Positions 48,143-57,220 of a stretch of DNA of 64,000 bases are shown here, in pieces. This DNA comes from Vulcanimicrobiales bacterium (lineage in GTDB: Bacteria; Vulcanimicrobiota; Vulcanimicrobiia; Vulcanimicrobiales; Vulcanimicrobiaceae): positions 73,888 through 137,887 of the forward strand of contig JBBQQR010000004.1 in NCBI GenBank assembly GCA_038215615.1, in the 5' to 3' direction. Numbering within the stretch: the stretch's first letter is position 1; each line of letters starts with the position of its first letter. A program made the position numbers and the translations under genes. The notes below the pieces were generated by a model. It was not told where the DNA came from, did not search any database, and worked only from the letters and a program-made list of their open reading frames with translations.

Positions 48143-49516
48143 TCACCCTGTCCGGGGGGCTCGCCTGCTCATGGCCTTCGACGAGGCCCACCCGCGCCAG
48201 AGCGCCAGCGGAACGCCTACCACTATACCCCCGGCGGCGTATATTTGCGAGGTTCGATCCTCAAAAATTACAGTCGCGCCCAAGACGACCATGAGCGCCA
48301 CCAGGCCGATCCCCGGGATGACCACCCCCGTCCAGCGGAAGGCGGGCTGCGCCCAAAATATCCGTACCGCAGCGGCGGCGCTGGCGGCAAAGAGCAAGCC
48401 TAAGAACAGCGAGCTGCCGTTGACGACGAAATCCAGCTGGGCGCGGGCGCTGGGCGAAAGTCCGGTGAGCAGCTCCACGCCGATCACCAGGAGTGCCGTC
48501 GCTACCAGCGACCAGAACGGCTCTTCGCGCGCGTCGAGCGTGCCGAGCGCGCGCGGCAGCACACGGTCGCGACCCATCGCGAAGATCGAGCGCGAGAGAT
48601 AGAGCAGCGTCGTCCACAAAGCGGAACTGGTCGAAACTAGGACGGTCGTTAGAATGACCGGCCGCCAGAGCGGCGCCCCCAATAAATCCGCCACATAACG
48701 CATCGCGTCCGCCTCATTCGCTTTGAATCCGCCAAGCGTGCCGAGACGGTCGAACGCAAACATTGCCACCGCCAGTGTTGCGGTCGTTAGGAGCAAGCCC
48801 GTTATGCCGCCGCGTCCCGAGGCCGTCGGATCCTTTGCCACTTCTTCGGACGTGGCGGCGGACAGCTCCCAACCATCGCTCATCCAAACGCCCAGCGTCA
48901 TCGCATAGACGAAACCAAAACCGCTAAATGCTAGTGCTTTCACGTCGCTTCCCGACGCCGCGTGCGCGACGGCCGCGTGCGGCGACAGCCACGCGAAAAC
49001 CGCCGCCACCGCAACGACGCCGATCTCGAGCGCTAGCGCGGCGGCGGTAACGATTGCCGTCGGACGCACGCCCGCATAGAGCAGCACCGCACTGCCGGCG
49101 ATCCACGCGGCGCCGACGGCGGCATCCCAGATCGGATTTTGCGCGCGGCCCGGCGCGAGCAGGTCGAGCGTATAAATACCCGCCGGTACCGCCGTCGCCA
49201 GCGTCGCGAAAACATTTGAAAGGATCAGCAACCACGCTCCGTACGCGCCGGCATACGATCCGAACGCCATGCGAATCCACGAATACGACGATCCGGCATC
49301 GGGCGCGACGCGCGAGAGCTGCGCATACCCGATGGCAATGCACAGCATGATCGCGGAAACCGAAAGCAGCGAAAGCGGCGCGAACGTTCCGGCCGCCACG
49401 ATCATCGGTCCCATCGTCGACGCCAGGCTGTAGGCCGGCGCCATCGAGGCCGACGACAGCACCGAAATATCGAAGAACCGCAGGACGCGGGGGAGGTGGC
49501 GTGAGCCCTTCGTCAT
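48143..49516 (-). CDS. APC family amino acid/polyamine permease
   Basis: MAPAYSL, PDAGSSYSW, GWELSAATSEE, R..FAMGRD; about 12 TM segments. Confidence 0.9.
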   Translation of the reverse strand: MTKGSRHLPRVLRFFDISVLSSASMAPAYSLASTMGPMIVAAGTFAPLSLLSVSAIMLCIAIGYAQLSRVAPDAGSSYSWIRMAFGSYAGAYGAWLLILSNVFATLATAVPAGIYTLDLLAPGRAQNPIWDAAVGAAWIAGSAVLLYAGVRPTAIVTAAALALEIGVVAVAAVFAWLSPHAAVAHAASGSDVKALAFSGFGFVYAMTLGVWMSDGWELSAATSEEVAKDPTASGRGGITGLLLTTATLAVAMFAFDRLGTLGGFKANEADAMRYVADLLGAPLWRPVILTTVLVSTSSALWTTLLYLSRSIFAMGRDRVLPRALGTLDAREEPFWSLVATALLVIGVELLTGLSPSARAQLDFVVNGSSLFLGLLFAASAAAAVRIFWAQPAFRWTGVVIPGIGLVALMVVLGATVIFEDRTSQIYAAGGIVVGVPLALWRGWASSKAMSRRAPRTG

Positions 49517-49564
49517 GCGCCCATCGGGCGCTGCTCAGGGTCGTTCGACAAGCTCACGATGACA
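49506..49564 (+). repeat. Composite repeat copy at the junction of two genes
   Basis: CCCTTCG..GCTCAGGG followed by TCGTTCGACAAGCTCACGATGACA. Confidence 0.75.
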
Positions 49565-50462
49565 ATGCAATAACCCGTGGCTTTAGATGCAATTCGTGGA
49601 GCACGCGCTCGTAGTCTTCGGGCGTAACGTCGGCCCACTTCTTCCCAAGCAACGCCAGCAGCGCAGCTTCGACGACGTTGGTTCCAAAGGAGCGCCCTTG
49701 AAAGTCGGGCGTCGTCGTGATGAGCATCTTGACGCCGCGCGTGCGCAGCTCGTCGACGTCTTTCTCCGTCACCGTGTTCGTGAGGACGATTTTTCCGTTC
49801 AAGTCGTCCGGCATGAACTGACGCATGAAATGATAGTCGCCCGCGATAATTTCCGCGTCACGATAATACTGCGGATATTTGGGCTTCGGCGGCTGGTCTT
49901 GCTTCTTGCCGGTCGGATAGAAAAACTGAAACGGGAGTTTGCACGCATCCGGCAGATACTTTTCGGCCATCGCTTCGAACTCGTGCAAGCCTTTGACCGG
50001 CTTGTCGAGATCGAGCGCGAAGATGAAATCGCCGAAGAGCACGTCGGCGCCGGCATCCACGAGCGCCTGGGCCATGCCGAAGCGGTCGAGCGCGCTGACC
50101 ATCAGCACTTTCTTGCCCTTGAGGTCGATGCCGAGTTCTTCTTGCATGAACCGTACCGCTTCACGCTCGAGCGTATTCTTCAGGCCGCTGCCGTCCACGA
50201 CCGGCGTCACCTTTGCAGCTTCGAGCAGACGCAAGCCGTCACGCAGCGCAAACCGGTGCTTGCCGGCGTAGAGATACACATCGATTCCGCCCAGGCCTAT
50301 CGCGTCGACCTTACCGTCCAACTCTTTAACTTTCGCAATTGCTTCGTCGAGCTTGCCATCGGTGCCGACGCGCGAAATCTCAAAATTTTCGCCGAGCAGG
50401 TTTACTTTCGCGCTGTGATCGCGCGCGCTCGATCCGAGCGACACCGAAACGACTTTTTTCAT
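49554..50462 (-). CDS. Conserved protein commonly auto-annotated as quinate 5-dehydrogenase (function unknown)
   Basis: MKKVVSVSLGSS.RD; DAIGLGGID; TPVVDGSGLKNTLE; GRSFGTNVVEA; ATGA overlap. Confidence 0.75.
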   Translation of the reverse strand: MKKVVSVSLGSSARDHSAKVNLLGENFEISRVGTDGKLDEAIAKVKELDGKVDAIGLGGIDVYLYAGKHRFALRDGLRLLEAAKVTPVVDGSGLKNTLEREAVRFMQEELGIDLKGKKVLMVSALDRFGMAQALVDAGADVLFGDFIFALDLDKPVKGLHEFEAMAEKYLPDACKLPFQFFYPTGKKQDQPPKPKYPQYYRDAEIIAGDYHFMRQFMPDDLNGKIVLTNTVTEKDVDELRTRGVKMLITTTPDFQGRSFGTNVVEAALLALLGKKWADVTPEDYERVLHELHLKPRVIALSS

Positions 50463-51592
50463 GCTATTCCTTGGGGCGCCGGACTCGCTCGTCTCAACTC
50501 GGCAGCGTGGCGTATCGCCGCGATTTTTTCCGGAGTAATGGCGGCGTCGAAAGCGCGCATGTCGGCAAGCGTGAAGCCGTCTTTCTCCGCGAGCTGCCCG
50601 ATTTCGATAACCTTGTCGACGTCGATTCCGCGACCGAGCGAGTATGGTTCGAGCCGGTTTTCGAGCGCAAGCACCATCGTCTCGCTCATGCATGCGAGCG
50701 CGGTGCGCGGCGGCAGATTCAAATCGAAGTCTTGGCCGGGTTCGCGTACGCGTTCGAAGCGGGGATTGCCCGGCAGCAGCATGTTACCGCCTTCGACTAC
50801 CAAAACGTCGGCACGTTCTTGCGCGACGCGGCGGCTGACGTCGTGCGGCAGCGACAGCTCGCAGACGACGGCGCCCGTCTGTAAATCTTCGGGCTCGATG
50901 ACGTCTTGCGTGGAGCTGGTCGCGGTCAGAATCAGCTGCCCCTGACGAACGGCCGACGAGAGATCCGTCGTATAAGACGATTCGCACGGTAACTCGCCGG
51001 CAATCGATTCGTGAAATTTCGCCAGCCGCGTATTGTTGCGCGCGACCAGAATCAACCGCTTCACGCGCGGTGCAATCAATTTTGCACAGGCCGACCCAAT
51101 CGAGCCGGTCGCACCGACGACGACGGCGGTCGCTTCCGATGCATCGATCCCCAGCTCGCGCGCGCCGCGAAAGAGGCTGGCGATGCCAGCCCAAATCGTC
51201 AGCGAATTTCCGGTCGTCACCGGAACGGGCGAACGTTCGGCCACCGTGACACCGCCGTCACCCACAACGCCGGTAAATGCACCGAGTCCCGCGATTCCGG
51301 CGCCAAGTTCGGTGCCGATTTCGATCGCGCGCAATATACGCTCGTAGACTTTCTCGCGCGGGAATCCAATGATCTGTTCGGGCAAGAGCGCCGCTGAAAC
51401 GAACCAGCCTTCGGTTTCACGTCCGTCGGGCGTCCGGATGCCCGTGACATGCGCCACGTTCCACGCCGGCATCCATTCCATGATCTTCCGGATGATCGGC
51501 GCGCCCTTGCCCTTCGCACTGGGCTCATAACGCACCACATCTTCCAGCGAGAGCGGGTGGATCACAAAACAAAACTTCGGAGTGTTAACCAT
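50459..51592 (-). CDS. Acyl-ACP/thioester reductase-like protein (AAR / PigE N-domain like)
   Basis: KFCFVIHP, GLGAFT, VTTGNSLT, GATGSIG Rossmann motif, PHDV, EGG, LACMSET. Confidence 0.75.
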   Translation of the reverse strand: MVNTPKFCFVIHPLSLEDVVRYEPSAKGKGAPIIRKIMEWMPAWNVAHVTGIRTPDGRETEGWFVSAALLPEQIIGFPREKVYERILRAIEIGTELGAGIAGLGAFTGVVGDGGVTVAERSPVPVTTGNSLTIWAGIASLFRGARELGIDASEATAVVVGATGSIGSACAKLIAPRVKRLILVARNNTRLAKFHESIAGELPCESSYTTDLSSAVRQGQLILTATSSTQDVIEPEDLQTGAVVCELSLPHDVSRRVAQERADVLVVEGGNMLLPGNPRFERVREPGQDFDLNLPPRTALACMSETMVLALENRLEPYSLGRGIDVDKVIEIGQLAEKDGFTLADMRAFDAAITPEKIAAIRHAAELRRASPAPQGIA

Positions 51593-52025
51593 GGGTTTCG
51601 GCTTCCCGTTTGAGCGCCGCCAGCATCATCTCGCTGTTTTCACGCACTTTACGTTCCAGCGTCGGGCCGATCAGCTCCGCCAGCGTCGGAACGCCGAAAT
51701 CGTAGTCCACGCTCAGCACGACATGCGTTTTGCCATCCTGCCCGGCGAACGTCCAACTGCCTTCGAACTTATCCAGATCGCCTTCGAGCAGTTTGTAATC
51801 GATCCGCAAATTGGCGTCGTCGAAACGATCCTCTTCGGTCCATTCGATGGGCGCTTCTTCGACCAAAGTTTTCCAGCGCGTCAACATATGGTCGGAGTGG
51901 CGTTCGAGGATAGTGACCGATTCGACGTCGGGCATAAACTCCGGAAAACGATCCTGTTGTTTGGCCAATTCATAGACGGCGCGAGCTGGAGCTGCGATCG
52001 CGATCGACGTTTCAACATAAGGCAT
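51585..52025 (-). CDS. SRPBCC/START (aromatase-cyclase, Coq10-like) protein
   Basis: FPEFMPDV..W..WTEED..EGDL..FEGSW. Confidence 0.88.
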   Translation of the reverse strand: MPYVETSIAIAAPARAVYELAKQQDRFPEFMPDVESVTILERHSDHMLTRWKTLVEEAPIEWTEEDRFDDANLRIDYKLLEGDLDKFEGSWTFAGQDGKTHVVLSVDYDFGVPTLAELIGPTLERKVRENSEMMLAALKREAETHG

Positions 52026-52034
52026 GTGCTGCTA

Positions 52035-53324
52035 CTACAGAGCGCCGAGCTTCTCGCGGGCGGTGGACAGCCCTGCCTCGAGAGCTGCCAGCGCTTTATC
52101 GATCTCGGCCTCGGTCACGACGAGCGGCGGTTCGAGCCGAATGACGCGCTGCATGTTCAGCGTCCAAGCGGCCGTGACGCCGTGTTTTAGCATCTCAGGA
52201 ATGATCCAGCCGCCGTAGCCTTCGCTGGTCAGTTCCACGCCGACGAGCAATCCAAGTCCGCGCGCCTCGCGCGCCACACCGGGATATTTGCGGGTCAGCT
52301 CCTGCGCGCCCGAGAGCAACTGCGCACCGCGGACGCGGGCGTTCTCGACGAGGTCTTCTTCAACCAGGGCGTCCATTGCCGCGAGCGCCGCAGCGCACGC
52401 AATTTCGCTGCCGCCGAACGTGGACGTGTGCATGACCGGATGTTTGGCGTACCCCGCGTTCCACACCGGTGTGCGCGCGATGTAGGCGCCCACGGGAATC
52501 ACTCCGCCTGAAAGCCCTTTGGCCAACGTCATGATATCGGGGACGACGCCGTCGCGATCGCAGGCGAACATCGTGCCGCAGCGGCCCAACCCGGTCTGCA
52601 CTTCATCGGCGATGAGCAGCGCGCCCGTCCGGTCGCAGATCTCGCGCACCTCGGCTAAATACCCGGCGGCCGGAACGTTCACGCCCCCCTCTCCCTGCAC
52701 GGGCTCGACGATGAACGCCGCCGCATCGCTCAGCGCGTCTTCCAAACCCACAGTCGAACCATAATCCAGGTGCGCGACGTCTTCGAGCAGCGGCGCGTAC
52801 GTATCTTTGAAATATTCGCGGCCGCTGGCCGAAAGAGAACCGAGCGTCTTGCCGTGAAAGGCATCGCGCGTCGCCACGATCGCCCGGCGCTTGGTGGCCG
52901 CGCGCGCGAGTTTGATCGCGCCTTCCACGGCTTCGGTTCCGCTGTTGCAAAAAAACGAGATTTTCAGATCGCCCGGCGCGAGCTCGGCGAGCCGCTTCGA
53001 CGCGCGCCCGAGCATGATATTGAACATCGTCTTGCCCGAAAGCGCCATCATATCGAGTTGCGCTTTAACCGCGGCTACCACTTTGGGATGCCGGTGCCCA
53101 AGCGTGAAGACGCCGTATCCGCCCGCAAAATCCAAATACGCCTTGCCGTTTTGATCCCAAATCGTGCAGCCTTGCGCGCGCACTTCCACGGGACTGCCCG
53201 ACACTTTCATCACGCGGGCGAGCGTCGGGTTTACGTAGAGTTTGTAATTCTCGTACGTTTCATCGTATAACCCCTCGACTGGGCCACCTGCGGTGTCCTG
53301 CTCGGGGTCGTTCGACAAGCTCAC
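52035..53324 (-). CDS. Class III PLP aminotransferase (putrescine/acetylornithine aminotransferase-like)
   Basis: YLDFAGGYG, NSGTEAVEGA, FHGKT, EPVQGEGG, DEVQTGLGR, AKGLSGG, HTSTFGG. Confidence 0.93.
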   Translation of the reverse strand: MSLSNDPEQDTAGGPVEGLYDETYENYKLYVNPTLARVMKVSGSPVEVRAQGCTIWDQNGKAYLDFAGGYGVFTLGHRHPKVVAAVKAQLDMMALSGKTMFNIMLGRASKRLAELAPGDLKISFFCNSGTEAVEGAIKLARAATKRRAIVATRDAFHGKTLGSLSASGREYFKDTYAPLLEDVAHLDYGSTVGLEDALSDAAAFIVEPVQGEGGVNVPAAGYLAEVREICDRTGALLIADEVQTGLGRCGTMFACDRDGVVPDIMTLAKGLSGGVIPVGAYIARTPVWNAGYAKHPVMHTSTFGGSEIACAAALAAMDALVEEDLVENARVRGAQLLSGAQELTRKYPGVAREARGLGLLVGVELTSEGYGGWIIPEMLKHGVTAAWTLNMQRVIRLEPPLVVTEAEIDKALAALEAGLSTAREKLGAL

Positions 53325-53331
53325 GACGACA
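53298..53331 (+). repeat. 34-bp direct repeat of 49531..49564
   Basis: CTGCTCGGGGTCGTTCGACAAGCTCACGACGACA, 2 mismatches. Confidence 0.85.
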
Positions 53332-53333
53332 TA

Positions 53334-54332
53334 CTAAGCGGCGATGGAACGCTCTAGAGATTCGATGGTTTCCTCGACGACCGCGATGACGTCTTGCGCT
53401 CTATCGAGGCGCATGATTCGTTCGCGCAAAACCGCCGCGCCGGAAATACCCTTCAAGTAGAGCGCAATATGCTTGCGCATCTGCGGGACGGCGCGCGTTT
53501 CGCCAAGTTCTTCGAGCATTGCGCGGTAGTGCACGCCGATGGCGTAGCGCAGGCGATCGGCTGCGGATGGCACGGCTTGCGCCGCGCGGCCTTCCATCAG
53601 ATCGCGGATCTGCGAGATGAGCCACGGGTTGCCGAGCGTGGCGCGACCGAGCATGATCGCGTCCACACCGCTCTCGCGCATGCGATTCATCGCTTCGTGC
53701 GCGTCGGCAAGATCGCCGTTGCCGATCACGGGAATATCCACCGACTGCTTCAAGCGCTTGATGTGCGCCCAGTCGGCGTTGCCTTTATAGAACTGCTTCG
53801 CTGTGCGCGCGTGCAGCGTCAGCGCTTTCACGCCGGCCTTTTGCGCGCGCTGCGCGGCTTCAACGTAGACAAGCTTATCTTCGCTCCAGCCGAGTCGCAT
53901 CTTCATCGTCACCGGACAATCGACGGCTTCAACAACGGCGCGCATGATCGCCTCGCAGCGATCGAGATCGCGCAAGCATGCCGAGCCGCCGTTCGTTTTC
54001 GTGACCTTGGGAGCCGGACAGCCGAAGTTGATGTCCACGATGTCGGCGCCGCACTCGCGTACGATCTTCGCCGCCTTCGCCATCACTGCCGGATCGTCAC
54101 CCCAGAGCTGCGTGCTCACCGGTTTCTCGAGCCCGTGCTGGTCGATCATCTCCATCGTCCGCTTCGCGCTCGACGCATACTGCAGCGCGTTGGCCGAGAC
54201 GAACTCCGTCACCGTCAGGCCCAGGCCGAACGGTTTATACAGTGCGCGCATCGTGCGGTTGGTCACGCCCGACATCGGCGCCAGCACCAGCGGCGGCCAA
54301 ATCTCGTGCGGCCCGACGACCAGAGGCTTCAT
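53334..54332 (-). CDS. dusB: tRNA-dihydrouridine synthase B
   Basis: LAPMSGVT, TEFVS, DINFGCP, KMRLGW, LHART, IGNGD, GNPW, RKH. Confidence 0.95.
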   Translation of the reverse strand: MKPLVVGPHEIWPPLVLAPMSGVTNRTMRALYKPFGLGLTVTEFVSANALQYASSAKRTMEMIDQHGLEKPVSTQLWGDDPAVMAKAAKIVRECGADIVDINFGCPAPKVTKTNGGSACLRDLDRCEAIMRAVVEAVDCPVTMKMRLGWSEDKLVYVEAAQRAQKAGVKALTLHARTAKQFYKGNADWAHIKRLKQSVDIPVIGNGDLADAHEAMNRMRESGVDAIMLGRATLGNPWLISQIRDLMEGRAAQAVPSAADRLRYAIGVHYRAMLEELGETRAVPQMRKHIALYLKGISGAAVLRERIMRLDRAQDVIAVVEETIESLERSIAA

Positions 54333-54373
54333 AGCGACCGTATTCTAGCACCCCTTGCGCTTCCCGGCTATTC

Positions 54374-55084
54374 TCAGCGTTTTCTTGCCCATATCCAGAC
54401 GTTTTCGCCGAGTGCCGGATGACGTATCGCCGCGAATCTGAATAGCAACACGCTCGGCAGTTGCAACAAAAGCCGTTCAGGCCACGGCGTCGGCAAGAAA
54501 TATGGCGCATCCCACAAGCCGTCGTAACGCACGTCTTGAACATCGAACCCGCACGCATCGAGCAGTTTTTCGAAGTACGGCGGCTCTTGGACATTGCAGT
54601 GCGTTTCGTCGCGATACGCGAACCATCGCTGCCCCTTAAGTCGCCGGCCAACCGAGCGCGTGTTGGGCGTGGAAAGAATAAAAATACCGCCCTGCCGCAG
54701 GCGTGCGGAAATCTTCTGCAGCAGCGCGCGATCATCGGCAACGTGTTCGATCACATCGAAGAGCGTCACACCATCGAACTGCACGTCCGCAAACGGCAAA
54801 GCCCCGTCCGGATCCATTCGCTCCAATGCAATTCCGGGATTCCGCTGCGCGGTCAGCCTGAGCGCTTCCTCGCTCACGTCACATCCGCGGCGGTTTGGAA
54901 AGTCGGAAATGTCTTCCAGAAACTGCCCCGTGCCGCAGCCGACATCCAGGATCGCGGCGCTCGTGGAAAGTTCCCGTCTCAGCTTCGCTGGCACGTAGCC
55001 CTTCGATCCGAAAAGTTTTCCATAGAGATTCCGCCGGCGCGGCGCGAAATAGTCACGCCCATACAGATCCGGACCTCCGCTCAC
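54374..55084 (-). CDS. Class I SAM-dependent methyltransferase
   Basis: ILDVGCGTG, GCDVS, FDVIEH, LSTPN; GTGA overlap with upstream gene. Confidence 0.9.
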   Translation of the reverse strand: MSGGPDLYGRDYFAPRRRNLYGKLFGSKGYVPAKLRRELSTSAAILDVGCGTGQFLEDISDFPNRRGCDVSEEALRLTAQRNPGIALERMDPDGALPFADVQFDGVTLFDVIEHVADDRALLQKISARLRQGGIFILSTPNTRSVGRRLKGQRWFAYRDETHCNVQEPPYFEKLLDACGFDVQDVRYDGLWDAPYFLPTPWPERLLLQLPSVLLFRFAAIRHPALGENVWIWARKR

Positions 55085-57216
55085 AGCGGGCTTGCGCCGG
55101 CCAACTTCGCTACTTCATGAAGCGCGTAGAGCATCCACACTGTTTGCTCACCGTTGCCCGGTCCGTTGAACACATTTGAGTTCGGGGGCGGAACGTTTAC
55201 TTGCGATGCCTCGAAGACCCGCGGCTCGTGATTGAGCTGCTGCTCGTCCTGAACAAACGCCAGCGTCTGCTCGACCTGTCTCCAATCGCCCTTCTGGGCG
55301 AAGAACAACATCTGCCAGGCAAGGACCTTGCCCGACGTGATCGGCGCCGGATCGATGTCGGCGGTAAACCCGATGCTGATGACGCGATGCCCGTTCCAGA
55401 CAAAACTCCCGTACCGCATCAATGCCGCGATGGTTTGATCGTAGATCTTCGGGTCTGTGCCTTCCCAGCCGGCGGCGGTCGGGCCGAAACTAAATTCTGA
55501 AAGTCCCGGATAGATCTGCGTCATGTTTTTGTCTTCGAACATTTCCGCATAGACGCTGTGCCCATCCAGTTTCCACGTCATGCGGCGCGCTATGGCGCGC
55601 TCAAGGGTAGTCTTGTCATTCTCCCATCGCATTGCGTGCGCGGCATCGCCCCGTGACCTTGCCACGCGGATCATCTCGCGCAGCGACTGAGCAACAAAAG
55701 ACTGCGTAAAACTATCGTACGTGTCCCAAAACCGTTCTTCGCGATAATGCTCGAGATGCAAATTTCGCACCAGACCGAAACTCGGCGTGAAATACGGCTG
55801 GGCCATCGTTGCATCCATGAGCGCGGCGACTTGGCCGTACGTCGAGTTGACGAATGACGGCGCGTTTGCGGCGCGTGCGTAGAGCGCCCATGCCAGAATC
55901 ACGCCGGATTGCCCGTCCATTTGGTCGGTCATCTCAGGCGCTCCGGAGGTGAGCACGTAATGCGGAACCCGCGCTTGTCCTGCCTGCTTGGTCGCGTTGA
56001 GCGTGTATTGAAGAACATCTTGAGCTCGTTCAAAGTCGCCCGTAATCAGCCACAACTTGACCAGCGCAGCGCCGGTGCGCGCGAAGTAACTCGGCGCGTA
56101 CGCGTTCGTGAGCGACTCCAAGAAAAACCCCGGCGGGTGACTTCCGCCTTGTCGAGATTGAACGTCCTTATAATTGAAAGAATAAAAATTTCGCCACCAC
56201 TCCGACTCGAGCTCACCTTTCACAGCGGCCCGATCCGCGGAAGAGGACGGGGATGAAGCAGCACCTGGCGGTTTGGGCGCCGGACCGCTTACCGGAAAGT
56301 CATCAACGTAGGTATAGGACCCGGCAGCGTAATCGTACGGCATCGACGCCACGATGAATGCAACCTCGTTGTTGGGATTCAGCGCGACCGCAGGCGGCTG
56401 CAGCAATCTTCCCGAGATGGGTTGCCAAACCGGAATCGTCTTGCCGCGCGAATCAAATCGCGAGAACCACACCTCGTTGTTGCCTCCCCGGACGAAGGCG
56501 AAGAGCCTGTTTCCGTTAGGATCAAAGATGAGCGCCGGTGCGGAGACGGTGTTCCCCGATATGTTGGCAAACGTTTTATGAACCGAGCCGTCGGCGTTTA
56601 ACGTCCCAAACCAGAGCGTGTCGTTCGACGAGCGCACCAACACCTGTATCTCTTGCAACGAGGAATCCCACGCCGCGGCCGGCGACGACGGCGTCGTCCC
56701 CGGCACCGAAGTCCAGTCCTTGGAGAAACTTCCGTCCGAGTTGAGCGTTGCAAACCACAGCCGGTTATCCGCCGAACGGCCGAGGATGTCGATTTTCTTT
56801 GAGACCGGATTCCACACCAAGGCCGGCGGCGACGCCAGAATCCCGGAGAGCTCCTTCCAGTTCTCATACACACTGCCGTCGCTATTCAGCGCGGCGAACC
56901 AAAGATTGTTATCGGGAGAGAGCACGAGGATGTCGATCTTGTGAAGCACCGGATCCCACACGAGTGCCGGGGGCAGCGGCCGGCTGCCGGCGATGTTGAT
57001 GAACGGCTGAGTGATGACCTTATTGTGATCGACCGCGGCAAACCACAATTCGCCGCTCGAACCGGCGACAACCACGTAGACCTTGTTGGTATCCGGACTC
57101 CAAACCGCCGCCGGAGCTGAGAGAGTTCGGCCGCTCAGTACCGTCCATTTCGCCAGAACGGTGCCGGGCGTTACACACAATACGCACAACAAGAGGGCAG
57201 CCGGTAAGAACCGCAC
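55081..57216 (-). CDS. Exported protein: lectin-like beta-propeller repeats + putative six-hairpin glycosidase domain
   Basis: Signal peptide; about six ~48-aa repeats (SG..PA.VW.P..DN.LWF..L.SDGS); helical C-domain with QMDGQ and EERFWDTY. Confidence 0.6.
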   Translation of the reverse strand: MRFLPAALLLCVLCVTPGTVLAKWTVLSGRTLSAPAAVWSPDTNKVYVVVAGSSGELWFAAVDHNKVITQPFINIAGSRPLPPALVWDPVLHKIDILVLSPDNNLWFAALNSDGSVYENWKELSGILASPPALVWNPVSKKIDILGRSADNRLWFATLNSDGSFSKDWTSVPGTTPSSPAAAWDSSLQEIQVLVRSSNDTLWFGTLNADGSVHKTFANISGNTVSAPALIFDPNGNRLFAFVRGGNNEVWFSRFDSRGKTIPVWQPISGRLLQPPAVALNPNNEVAFIVASMPYDYAAGSYTYVDDFPVSGPAPKPPGAASSPSSSADRAAVKGELESEWWRNFYSFNYKDVQSRQGGSHPPGFFLESLTNAYAPSYFARTGAALVKLWLITGDFERAQDVLQYTLNATKQAGQARVPHYVLTSGAPEMTDQMDGQSGVILAWALYARAANAPSFVNSTYGQVAALMDATMAQPYFTPSFGLVRNLHLEHYREERFWDTYDSFTQSFVAQSLREMIRVARSRGDAAHAMRWENDKTTLERAIARRMTWKLDGHSVYAEMFEDKNMTQIYPGLSEFSFGPTAAGWEGTDPKIYDQTIAALMRYGSFVWNGHRVISIGFTADIDPAPITSGKVLAWQMLFFAQKGDWRQVEQTLAFVQDEQQLNHEPRVFEASQVNVPPPNSNVFNGPGNGEQTVWMLYALHEVAKLAGASPL

Positions 57217-57220
57217 GCGC

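Noticed and set aside
46769..48403. Long plus-strand ORFs (544 aa here; also 25925..26986, 36161..37267, 49587..50945, 53394..54422)
   Set aside because: Antisense shadows of well-supported genes, expected at high GC
50463..50693. N-terminal extension of the quinate-DH-like ORF
   Set aside because: Overlaps the upstream reductase; ATGA coupling at 50462 gives the family-typical start
56370..57150. Periodic DNA similarity resembling an array
   Set aside because: Explained by in-frame protein repeats; no identical repeats with spacers and no cas genes, so not CRISPR
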